A DNA stretch of 64,000 nt from Felis catus (taxonomy: Eukaryota). This document shows positions 37,116 through 49,100 of this stretch, piece by piece (position 1 is the first letter of the stretch; the number at the start of each line of letters is the position of its first letter). The stretch lies in contig NC_058368.1 of NCBI RefSeq assembly GCF_018350175.1, forward strand, positions 204,912,001-204,976,000, given 5' to 3'. Under the pieces are notes generated by a model. That model had not been told where the DNA came from, did no database searches, and was given only the letters and a program-made list of their open reading frames with translations. The position numbers and the translations under genes are program-made.

Positions 37116-39889
37116 AGAATGGGTCAAATGGAGCAAAAAAGAAGAAAATCTTCAGATGCCTAGCAGAGAAAACACACTGGCACAACAGACTCAGAATGAA
37201 GTCCATAACTCTTCTGTGTGGCCCTGGGAAAATCATTAAACTTCTTCATAGCTCATTTTCTCATCTGTAAAGTTGAATCCAGTATTCATTTATTCAAACA
37301 AAGCGGGGGTGAGGGGGAGTAGACAAGTCCATTAATAACTACAGCACAGAGAAAGGCTACGATAGGGGTATTTATGGATATTTACAGAATGCTTAGAGAA
37401 CAGTAAGGAATTACAGTCAATTCTAAATAAGGAAAACAAGGAGGCCTTCACCCTGAAGAGGCCACGGAGCTGGACCACAAAGAATGAGAGAAAATTCAAC
37501 AGATGTTAGACCATACAGGTAGAGCGTAAGAGAATGCAGGGCAATCAGAGGGAACAGAAATAGGCCAGCACGGATTTGTAGGCCTGAGACTATTCTGAGG
37601 GAGGGAGAAGGTCTCTTCTAGCTCCACAGCTGGTTTTTCAAACATCTTTCAGCAGCCTGAAAATAATGGGCAAATTTGACAGTGTACTTTTATCCACCAA
37701 GCCAGTGCTAGGGCACTTTTTTCACTTTTGAACAGTTCATAAATATTGAGCTTTGGGTAAAAGCCTCTCAGAATTCTTCCCGGCTGGTTTTAAAGTAAAA
37801 GAACCAGGAGTGTAAACTGTCGAAGGATGCCTAGCCCTTCCATTTTCCATACTCCTGGCATGGGGATCACAGGTATTCTGGGGGCCACTTGGCAGAAGGG
37901 TTTCTTGCCTCTATGAAAAATATTGCTGCTCAGAGGCCAGAATTTAAATTGATTCCATCGTAGGAAAAGGAAGAACACGCTGCAATGAACTTTTGATTAC
38001 CCTTTTATAAGTGGGCCAACTTTTTATTCTTGTAGTAAAATTCATATATTGAATCTCTGGCAAAGAGCCCTTGCTAAGCACCCTTTCCTTGTCTTGGGTC
38101 AAGCCTCAGGGGACCTGAATGAGCAGGAAGCAGTTGTCCTCTTGAATTTAAAAGCAGTTCTGAGCTCTCCTCAGGGTAGCTCAGTTACACTTAAGACAAA
38201 GGAGTAGCAGACTGAATTTCTGGAAGAGAACACACATAAGAAGAGTACCTTTTTCAGTTTGATCAGATTCCACGATTCCAGGACAAAGCAACAGGCTGAT
38301 CAATCACAATATCATACCTCCCTCTTCTGGAAAATGTTTCTGATCAGTCACTTTTTACAACTTCTGAAAACCTTCCCAGCTGCCAGCCTGAAAGGGCATC
38401 CTCACAGGGGACACCTATGGTTCTACTTGAAAGAATGAATCATTTTTTCAGGTAATGAATTACATACCAGGCACATGAGCCTCTAAAGTTTAGTCCAAAG
38501 AACATTATTTCACTAAGTTCTAGGTTCACATGGAATAAATCACACGCCTATCTATTAAGATGATTTCTCTGGGCTTTTTAAGGCTTCCCACAGTGTGGAA
38601 CCTCCAAAGGGAAACCATCTCCCCAGAGCAAAGCGTTCAGGATACGCACTCACACCATTATCGGGCTGGGTGATGACCAGCAAGCATTATGAAGCATCTA
38701 CTTTGTGCTGAGCAGAGACTACAGTGGTTGGTTCGAAACACAAAAAATCTGAGTCAAATCCTGTCCCGGAAATATAGCCCAGAATGTTACAGTTGTTGGT
38801 TTTTAATCCTTCTCTGACCGTGTTCTGACAGAATGACAGTGAATTTTGAGACTTCAGATCTGGGTGAATTGGTCAGCTACCCTTTCCCCGTCTTTATGTT
38901 AATGATAATGTTTTGAACATGGGCCAAACCTTCACTGTGTAAGTTTTTCTCAGCTCTTGCTACATCACTTGGCCTCATAAAATGGGTATCGCTTTTAGAT
39001 TTGATTCCCTCCCCTAACATGTTAACTAGGTATCATTCAGGAAATAGTTGATATCATGAATGATCACCCCTTTCCTCGATAACCCTTATCATCAATAAAA
39101 GGTTTTGGATACTGTAAATAAACAGGTTTTTGTTTTGTTTTCACATATCCAAATCAAATGAACCTTGGAGATCTCACAGAATCATAAACTGACAGATGAG
39201 GCTAACAGGAAACTTTCTCCAACAAGCACAGGCTCTTTGGGCAGATTTCTCATTTGCAAGCCAGGCATAATGCCAATTAAAAGACAGGCAGTGTGAATGC
39301 CAACAAGAACCCCAAGTGTGTGTGTGAGGGGAGAAGGGGTGGAGGACACAGAAGACAAACCACTGCCTTGACAGGATTTCACTGAAAGCCCAGCAGAGGC
39401 AGTGATACCCGGAAGCACTGTAATTGTTAGAACCTCAGAAGTCTCCAATTTCTGCTGAATTTCTGTTGGCCATTATTTCTCCCTCAGAAGGGAAGTCTGA
39501 GAAAAGGCATTATCATTATGTAAAGTGCCAAAGAAAAGGGAAATACAGTTTTCAAACAATTTTTCTCTTCAGTCAGTTTTCTCACTATCACTTTCACAAT
39601 TAACTCAATTTGTATTATTTTCAAAAATTCATGACTTTAAACATTATTTAATCTGATGTATTTTTCTTAACCATTACATGCAACCGTTCCATGCAACGGG
39701 TAGTCTGTTCAAAACAGACCCCAAAGACCAGGATAAAAAGCCCGATTTCCCTACTGGCAAATGCTGGTTGGGACATGGATTCCCATTTGCCCTCCCTTAT
39801 GGCATCTCCCCGCTTTTATTTCTGACTCTGACATTTTGGCTCTGATTCATAGGCAATTTCTGATTCATTAGCTATTCCATTCCTATGCC

Positions 39890-40205
39890 CAGGGGAAGAT
39901 CCCTCTTTATAGTGCTTGAAACTCCTGCAATTTGAAGGATCCTTTTTAAGAAAAGGATACCACATAACAAATACAAAATGCCGATGATAACTTGAAAGTC
40001 ACCCATGTGAAGGGGAAGCACAAAGGAGGGAAGTTGAATTGGAAAGTGACAGTGATTTTAACACTTACCATTGAAATACATTGTGTTTAGAGTTTTTACA
40101 AAAAACCACCATGATAATACATTACTAGAGCCCTTTCCAGAATGCTGGAAGGGGCCTGTGCAAGTGAGGAGCTTCTACAGTTTCATGACAACAATCCTGC
40201 CTCTG
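39890..40205. mobile_element. hAT-type non-autonomous element, MER53-like ends
   Basis: CCTTTTTAAGAAAAGGATAC..AATACAAAA and GGAAGGGGCCTGTGCAAGTGAGG...AATCCTGCCTCTG resemble the recalled MER53 consensus. Confidence 0.45.
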
Positions 40206-40335
40206 CTCTTGCGCAAATCTCCACTGCCACCTTTACAGCCAAACCAAGGGGGAGCTCCAGCCCAAGAATAGGTCTAACCCCCTTTACTGGTTTCCCTGAA
40301 TCCAGAGAAAGATCAAGCTCTCAAAAGAGACATAG

Positions 40336-41250
40336 TTCAAATTAGTGTTTTCATTTTCCTTAGGTAAATACCCAGAAGTAGAATTACTGGGTCATAGGGT
40401 ACTTCTATTTTTAGTTTTTTAAGATACCTCCATATTGTTTTCCATAGTGGCTGCACCAATTTACATCCCTACCTAAAGGGCACAAGGGTTTCCTTTTTCC
40501 ACATCCTTGCCAACACCTGCTATTTCTTGTCTTTTTGATACTAGCCATTCTGACTGGTCCACTGACAGATGCATAGATAAAGATGTGGTGTGTGGATATA
40601 TACGTGTATATATGTACGTAATATACACACGTGTATATATATACATATGTATGTATACACGTATATACGTGTATACATACGTGTATATACATATGTGTAT
40701 ATATACACGTATGTATACACGTATATATGTGTGTATGTATATGTATATATATATATATATGTACACAATGGAATATTACTCAGCCATAAAAAGAATGAGA
40801 TTTCAGCATCTGTGAAACACGGATGTACCTAGAGTATATTATGCTAAGTGAAATAAGATAGACAAAGACCAATACCAAATGATTTCACTTGTATATGGAA
40901 ATTACAAAAAACAACAAAACAAACAACAAAAAGAAAACAGACTCCTAAATATAGAGAATAAACTTGTGGTTGCCAGGGCAGGAGGTGGGGAGTGGGGGGG
41001 GGTGGGGCAGTGGAAGGATAGGCAAAACAGGTGAAGGGGATTAAGAGGTACATCCTTCCAGTTAAAAATAAGCCACAGGATGAAAAGTACAGCATGGGAA
41101 ATATAGTCAATAATCTTATAACTTTGTGTAGTGACAGATGGTAACTAAACTTATCATGGTGAGCATATTATAGGATATGTATATAATTGCCAAATCAGTG
41201 CTGAACACCTGAGACTAATTAAACATTTTTTTTAGTTTAAAAAGTTAAAG
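40336..41250 (+). mobile_element. 5'-truncated, 5'-inverted L1 (L1MA9/L1_Carn-type 3' end)
   Basis: 40336-40557 is antisense ORF2 C-terminus ([20 protein letters not shown] on minus). From ~40558 the sense 3'UTR runs ATGGAATATTACTCAGCCATAAAAAGAATGAG...GATGAAAAGTACAGCATGGGAAATATAGTCAATAAT. Confidence 0.85.
40597..40765. repeat. Alternating purine-pyrimidine (TA/CA/TG/CG) palindromic microsatellite inside the L1
   Basis: Directly visible; contains long perfect inverted repeats. Confidence 0.95.
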
Positions 41251-41377
41251 AATTAAAGGTAAAAAAGTGAAAAAATATTGTAGAAAATTAAAGTATTGCT
41301 CCTAACTATACAGGTTTCTGGTCCTCAAAATACTACCCAATACCTCCTTGATCATCTCATCTGAGCATCCAGTTTTC

Positions 41378-41600
41378 TTTTTTTTTAATTTTGTTTTTAA
41401 AGTTTATTTATTTTTGAGACAGAGAGAGACAGAGCATGAACAGGGGAGGAGCAGAGAGAGAGGGAGACACAGAATCCGAAACAGGCTCCAGGCTCTGAGC
41501 TGTGAGCACAGAGCCTGATGCGGGGCTGGAACTCAGGGACCGTGAGATCATGACCTGAGCCGAAGTCGGACGCTTAACCGATGGAGCCACCCAGGCGCCC
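41378..41600 (-). mobile_element. Young felid CAN-SINE (SINEC_Fc-like)
   Basis: Perfect TSD CTGAGCATCCAGTTTTC at 41361-41377 and 41601-41617; full head, CT tract and tail. Confidence 0.97.
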
Positions 41601-42424
41601 CTGAGCATCCAGTTTTCATAGGATGCACATTACCATAATGTTCCTCCTCATGGAATGTTGTATTTAGTGATCAAAATTTACTTCTCTCTTAGATTCCATG
41701 CTCCCCTCCCTTTTTTTCTTTAAAGTTCAAACAGGATCTTCCATTGTGGTTCCGGACTCAGGTCAGAGAGACATACGTTATTCACAAATAATTTGCCAAA
41801 GACTTCTACAGGCTTCTAGAGCTATTTTTGATGACTCTCACAGAAGGGGTTTTATTTAACAGTCTAGTCCCGACTGTGTTCCATCAAGTGACTGGCTCCC
41901 CAGGCAGCCGCTAGAGCTCACGGCCATCCTGAACCAGGCACTGCCACAGTAGCAGAGGGGCCACTCAGAAGCACGTTGGCAGACAAAAACATTGCCATAG
42001 ACCATTCTAATTCACTTACCAGATTTCCTGAACCTTGCCAAAGAATAAGTCCTCATCTTCAGAATGCACATTGTATGATTCACCTAATTATGTTCTGGTT
42101 ATGACCTACTATGTATCCAACACAGACCCAGAGAATAAATTCTTTCTAGCCACAGAGAAATCTTATTCTGGAGCCATTCATATCTCTCCCACTTAGACCA
42201 GCTTCATTCTGAGCCTCAGCTGCTTATATGGCAAAAGCCATGCTGATGGCCACATACCAATTCACCCAATCTTTAGTCATACACCTTTTTTTTTTTCAGT
42301 TTCGTTATTTACTTTTTTGTTAAAGTATAATCAACATACGGTGTTACATTAGTTTCAGGTGCACAGTATAATGTTTCAACAATTTTATACATTGCTCATT
42401 GCTCATCAAGATAAGTGGACTCTT

Positions 42425-42591
42425 GGGGCACCTGGGTGGCTCAGTCAGTTAGGCGTCCGGCTTCAGCTCAGATCATGATCTCGCAGTTTATGAGTTCAAG
42501 TCCCACATCGGGCCCTGTGCTGACAGCTCAGAGCCTGGAGCCCGCTTCAGATTCTGTGTCTCCCTCTGTCTCTGCCCCTCCTCCACGTGTG

Positions 42592-42627
<36 letters not shown>

Positions 42628-42672
42628 AATAAATAAAAACATTAAAAAACTTAAAAAAAAGAGTCTCGAAAA
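42425..42672 (+). mobile_element. Felid CAN-SINE nested in an L1 3'UTR
   Basis: GGGGCACCTGGGTGGCTCAGTCAGTT head, (CT)n, A tail; perfect 17-bp TSD AAGATAAGTGGACTCTT. Confidence 0.97.
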
Positions 42673-42689
42673 AAGATAAGTGGACTCTT

Positions 42690-43499
42690 TTTTTTCAATA
42701 TATGAAATTTATTGTCAAATTGGTTTCCATACAACACCCAGTGCTCATCCCAAAAGGTGTCCTCCTCAATACCCATCACCTACCCTTCCTTCCCTCCCAC
42801 CCCCCATCAACCCTCAGTTTGTTCTTAGTTTTTAAGAGTCTCTTATGGTTTGCCTCCTTCCCTCTCTGTAACTTTTTTTTCCCCTTCCCCTCCCCCATGG
42901 TCTTCTGTTAAGTTTCTCAGGATCCATATAAGAGTGAAAACATATGGTATCTGTCTTTCTCTGTATGACTTATTTCACTTAGCATAATACCCTCCAGTTC
43001 CATCCACGTTGCTACAAATGGCCAGATTTCATTCTTTCTTATTGCCAAGTAGTATTCCATTGTATATATAAACCACATCTTTTTTATTCATTCATCAGTT
43101 GATGGACATCTAGGCTCTTTCCATAATTTGGCTATTGTTGAAAGTGCTGCTATAAACACTGGGGTACAGGTGCCCCTATGCTTCAGCACTCCTGTATCCC
43201 TTGGGTAAATTCTTTGCAGTGCATTGCTGGGTCATAGGGTAGGTCTATTTTTAATTTTTTGAGGAACCTCCACACTGTTTTCCAGAGTGGCTACACCAGT
43301 TTTCATTCCCACCAACAGTACAAGAGGGTTCCCGTTTCTCCACATCCTCTCTTGCATCTATAGTCTCCTGATTTGTTCATTTTAGCCACTCTGCCTGGTG
43401 TGAGGTGATATCTCAGTGTGGTTTTGATTTGTATTTCCCTGATGAGGAGTTGAGCATATTTTCATGTGCCTGTTGGCTATCTGGATATCTTCTTTAGAG
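42690..43499 (-). mobile_element. Young felid-type L1, 5'-truncated (~810 bp), nested at the SINE's target site
   Basis: T tail plus CAATATATGAAATTTATTGTCAAATTGGTTTCCATACAACACCC; TSD AAGTGGACTCTT at 42678-42689 and 43500-43511. Confidence 0.93.
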
Positions 43500-45024
43500 A
43501 AGTGGACTCTTAATCCCCTTTATCTATTTCACCCATCCCCCACCCTAAGCATCCCCTCTGGCAACCACAATTTCTTCTCTGTATTTAAGAGTCTGTTTGA
43601 TTGTTTATGTTTTTTTCTTTGCTTATTTTTTCTTAAATTCCACACATGAGTGAAATCATATGCTCTTTCATATTTGTCTTTCTCTTGTCTGACTTACTTT
43701 ACTTAGCAATATACCCTTCAGGTTCATCACGACCCAAAGCAATCTACAGATGTAAATGCAATCCCTATCAGAGTACCAACATTTTTCACAGATAATACTA
43801 AAATTTGTATGGAACCACAAAAGACCCCAAATAGCCAAAGCGATCTTGAAAAAGAACAAAACTGGAGGTATCACAATTCCCTATTTCAAGACATACTACA
43901 AATCTGTAGTAATCAAAAGAGTATGATAATGGCACAAAAAGAGACACATAGATCAATGGAACAGAAGAGACATCCCAGAAATAAACCCACATTTATATGG
44001 TCAATTAATCTACAACAAAGGAGGCAAGAATACACAATGGGGAAGACAACCTCTTTAACAGATGGTGCTGGGAAAGCTGGACAAGCCACACACAGAATGA
44101 AACTGGACCACTTTCTTACACCATACACAAAAATAAACTCAAAATGGATGGAAGACCATTACATAGGAGACTTGAAACCATAAAACTCCTAGAAGGAAAC
44201 CTAGGCAGTCATGTTTTTGACACTGGCCATAGAAGAAACATTTTTCTACAAATGTCTCATCAGGCAAGGGAAACAAAGGCAAAAATACACTATTAGAACT
44301 ACATCAAAATAAAAATCTTTTGCACAGTGAAGGAAACCTTCAATAAAATGACAAAGCAACCTACTGAATGGTAGAAGATATTTGCAAATGGTTAATATCT
44401 TAAAATCATAAAAAATGTCTACAACTTAACACCAAAAACAAATAATCCGATTAAAAAAGTGGGCAGAAGACCTGAATAGTCATTTTTCCAAAGAAGACAC
44501 ACAAATGGTCAAAACACATGAGAAGATGTTCATCATCACTCCTCATCAGGGAAATGCAGAGCAAAACCACATTGAGAGATCACCTTACATCTGTCAGAAT
44601 GGCTAGAATCAAAAAGACAAGAAATAATAAGTCTTGGCAAGGATGTGGAAAAAAGGGGACCTTCATGCACTATGGGTGGGAATGCACACTGGTACAGCCA
44701 TTACAAAACAGCATGAGGTTTCTTTAAAAAATTAAAAATAGAATTACTATATGATCCAGTAATTCCACTACCGGGTATTTACCCAAAGAAAATGAAAATA
44801 CTAATTTGAAAAGATATATGCACCTATATATTTATTGCAGCATTGTTTATAATAGCTGAGATATGGAAACAACCCAAGTTTCCATCAATAGATCAATGGA
44901 TAAGGAGGAGATGTGGGGGGGGGGGGGAGAGGGAGAGAGAAAAGAACGTGATCTTGCCATTTGCAACACCGACTTAATATTAGACTAGCTAGCATAACAG
45001 CAGCATTGGAGCTAACATCCAAGT

Positions 45025-45600
45025 CATGAAATCACAGAGTAATGGATTTTTAGAATACAAGGAGCCTCCAAAGTGATCTGGTTGAACGTCCCATCTAGCA
45101 GAAGGAGTCTAGTCCCTAGAGCTCAGAAGCTTGTCCATCTGGCTGCAACTGCAAAGATCCACTCACACAGAGCTCCTCCTCTTATACGGCAGGCCATTTC
45201 CTTGGAAGTTGATTTTAATGTTTAGAAACTCTTCCTTATATTTGCTCATTTCTAGGACATAGTCCCCCATCTACCATTCCTATTCTGGGAGCATTCAAGA
45301 ATAATCCTCTTCTTACCCTACCAATGACAGACCTTTTAGCTCTTATGAACAATATACTGAGTTCTACTTAGGCATCTAATTCTTTTTCTACTATTAACCA
45401 TTTGGCATGGTTTATTACCCTTTCACTATTCTGGCACCTGCTTCTAGGTGTTCTCTAATTTGTCATATTCCTCTTAAAACATCTCACCTACACCTGAAAT
45501 TACTAACCTAAATGTGGTCTATACATATTTATAGTAGATACTTCTATTTTTGTGGAATAGCATTCAAAGAATACACAACTGAATTAATTTTGGGAGTCAA
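45025..45600 (-). mobile_element. Ancient CR1/L3-like LINE remnant
   Basis: Antisense 3'-type motifs (GGCAGGCCATTTCC...TTTAGAAACTCTTCCTTATATT); highly decayed, right end uncertain. Confidence 0.5.
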
Positions 45601-46132
45601 TTGTGTGAAACCCTTGGCTACAATTAAGCTCATAACCAATTAGATTTAAAACAAGAATGTTCTCTAAACTAGATTCTCTAAGAATAGAATATTATGTCTC
45701 TAGAAGGAGTTAAAACTGTCTTATAATGATCATCTTCCAATTGATATTAAAAGAATGGAACTCCATAATAACCATCCCCCATCCAACTGTGTTGACCTGC
45801 TGTAGAGTTGGTAACCTAAGGTCTGCAAACTCATCCTCAAATTCTGCCAAGTGTCTACATGGTACCATGCTATATACATAAAAGTTGTCTTGCAATTTAT
45901 GACTACAGTCTTCAGTGGAATGGTCACCAGTCCTAAAAAAAAAGTCATCTAGCCTAACCCACGTTAGGTAAATGCTCTATAAATTTCTTATATTTTTATA
46001 CTTGTCTTCACATTGTTGATATCATTCCAAGGCCTATAGTAAGCATTATATCAATACTTACTAAGCCATCAGATAAATGAATGATGAGTTCCCTTGCTCT
46101 CACCCTCTCTTTAATAATGTTGATTGGTTTTC

Positions 46133-49100
46133 CCAGCCCTTCAAGAAATTGTAAGGGGGACTTTCTGAGGGGAGAAAAGATATATATTTATATAAAAGAT
46201 ATACATTTATATAAGAGATATATATTTATATAAATATATACATATCTCAAAAGCAACAAAATATTAGAAAGGACCAGAGAACACCATCAGAAACTCCAAC
46301 TTTACAAGCATCATAGTGGCAATAAATTCATATCTTTCAGTACTCACTCTAAACATCAATGGACTCAATGCTCCAATCAAAAGACATAGGGTAACAGAAT
46401 GGATAAGAAAACAAGATCCATCTATATGCTGTTTATAGGAGACACACTTTAGACTTAAAGACACTTTAAGATTGAAAGTAAGGGGATGGAGAACCATCTA
46501 TCATGCTAATGGTCAACAAAAGAAACCCAGAGTGGCCATACTTATATCAGACAACCTAGACTTTAAAATAAAGACTGTATCAAGAGACGCAGAAGGGCAT
46601 TATATCATAACCAAGGGGTCTATAGACCAAGAAGACCTAATAATTGTAAACATTTATGGGCCAAATGTGGAAGCACCCAAATATATAAATCAACTAAGCA
46701 CAAACATAAAGAAACTCATCAATCGTAATACCATAATAGTAAGAGACTTCAACACCCCACTCACAGCAATGGACAGATCATCTAATCAAAAAATCAACAA
46801 GGAAACAATGGCTTTAAATGACACACTGGACCAGATGGACTTAACAGATATATTCAGAACATTTCATCCTAAAGCAGCAGAATATACATTCTTCTCCAGC
46901 GCACATGGGACGTTCTCCAGAATAGACCATATACTGGGACACAAATCAGCCCTAAGCAAATACAAAAATATCGAGATCCTACCATGCATATTTTCAGACC
47001 ACAATGCTATGAAACTTGAAATCAGCCATAAGAAAAAATTTGGAAAGGCAACAAATACTTGGAGACTGAAGAACATCCTAATAAAGAATGAATGGGCTAA
47101 CCAAGCAGTTAAAGAGGAAATTAAAAAGTATATGGAAGTCAATGAAAATGATAACACCACAACCAAAATCTCTGGGACACAGCAAAGGCGGTCATAAGAG
47201 GAACGTACATAGCAATCCAGGCCTTCCAAAAGAAGGAAGAAAGATCTCAGATACACAACCTAACCTTATGCCTTAAGGAGCAGGAAAAAGAACAGCAAAT
47301 AAAGCCCAAAACCAGCAGAAGACAGGAGATAATAAAGATTAGAGCAGAAATTAATTCTATCAAAACCAAAAAAAAAAAAAAACCAGTAGAACAGATCAGT
47401 GAAACCAGAAGCTGGTTCTTTGAAAGAATTAACAAAATTGATAAACCACTAGCCGGTTTGATCAAGAAGAAAAAGGAAAGGACCCAAATAAATAAATCAA
47501 GAATGAAAGAGGAGAGATCACAACCAACACAACAGAAATAAAAACAATAATAGGAGAATATTATGAGCAATTATATGCCAATAAAATGGGCAATCTGGAA
47601 GAAATGAACAAATTCCTAGAAACATGTACACTATCAAAACTGAAACAGGAAGAAATAGAAAATTTGAACAGACCCATAACCAGTAAGGAACTCGAATTAG
47701 GAATCAAAACTCTGCCAAAAAACAAAGTCCAGGGACAGGTGGCTTTCCAGGGGAATCCTACCAAAGATTTAAGGAAGAGTTAACACCTATTCTCTTGAAA
47801 CTGTTCCAAAAAACAGAAATGTAAGGAAAACTTCCAAACTCTTTCTATGAAGCCAGCATTACCTTGAGTCCAAAACCAGACAGAGACCCCACTAAAAAGG
47901 AGAACTATAGACCAATTTCCCTGATGAACATGGATACAAAAATCCTCAACAAGATATTAGCCAACCCGATCCATCCATACATTAAAAAAATTATTCACCA
48001 CGACCAAGTGGGATTTATACCTGTGATGCAGGGCTGGTTCAATATCCACAAAACAATTAACATGATTCATCACATCAATAAAAGAAAGGACAAGAACCAT
48101 ATGATCCTCTCAATAGATGCAGAAAAAGCATTTGACAAAATACAGCATTCTTTCTTGATAGAAACCCTCAAGAAAGTAGGGATAGAACGACCATACCTCG
48201 AGATCATAAAAGCCATATATGAACGACCCAACACTAATGTCATCCTCAATGGGGAAAAACTGAGAGCTTTCCCCCTAAGGTCAGGAACAAGACAGGGATG
48301 TCCACTCTCACCACTGTTATTCAACATAGTATTGGAAGTCTTAACCTCTGCAATCAGACAACACAAAGAAATAAAAGGCATCCAAATCAACCAGGAGGAG
48401 GTCAAACTTTCACTCTTCGCAGATGACATGATACTCTATATGGAAAACCCAAAAGATTCCACCAAAAAACTGCTAGAATGGATTCATGAATTCAGCAAAG
48501 TTGCAGGATATAAAATCAATGCACAGAAATTGGTGGCATTCCTATACACCAACAATGAAGCGACAGAAAGAGAAATCAAGGAATCGATCCCATTTACAGT
48601 TGCACAAAAAAACCATAAAATACCTAGGAATAAATCTAACCAAAGAAGTGAAAAATCTATACACTGAAAATTATAGAAAGCTTATGAAAGAAGTGGAAGA
48701 AGACACAAAAAAATGGAAAAAGATTCCATGCTCCCGGATAGGAAGAGAAAATATTGTTAAAATGTTGATACTACCCAAAACAATCTACATATTCAATGCA
48801 ATCCCTATCAAAGTAACACCAGCATTCTTCACAAAGCTAGAACAAATAATCCTAAAATTTGTATGGAAGCAGAAAAGACCCTGAATAGCCAAAGTAATCT
48901 TGAAAAAGAAAACCAAAGCAGGAGGCATCACAATCCCAGACTTCCAGCTATACTACAAAGCTGTAATCATCAAGACAGTATGGTACTGGTACAAGAACAG
49001 ACGCTCAGATCAATGGAACAGAATAGAGAACCCAGAAACGGACCCACAAACGTATGGCCAGCTCATCTTTGACAAAACAGGAAAGAATATCCAATGGAAT

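Larger units (their letters stand above)
42286..44970 (-). mobile_element. Older carnivore L1 with twin-priming inversion: 3'UTR on minus (42286-42424, 43512-43730), ORF2 C-terminal part inverted to plus (43731-44970)
   Basis: T tail plus TTAAAGTATAATCAACATAC..TTAGTTTCAGGTGCACAG antisense 3' end; plus-strand ORF2 peptides ([34 protein letters not shown]). Confidence 0.85.

Noticed and set aside
39685..39722. Adjacent short hairpins CCGTT..AACGG and GTCTGTT-CAA-AACAGAC
   Set aside because: Stems of 5-7 bp are at chance level; no RNA-family signature.
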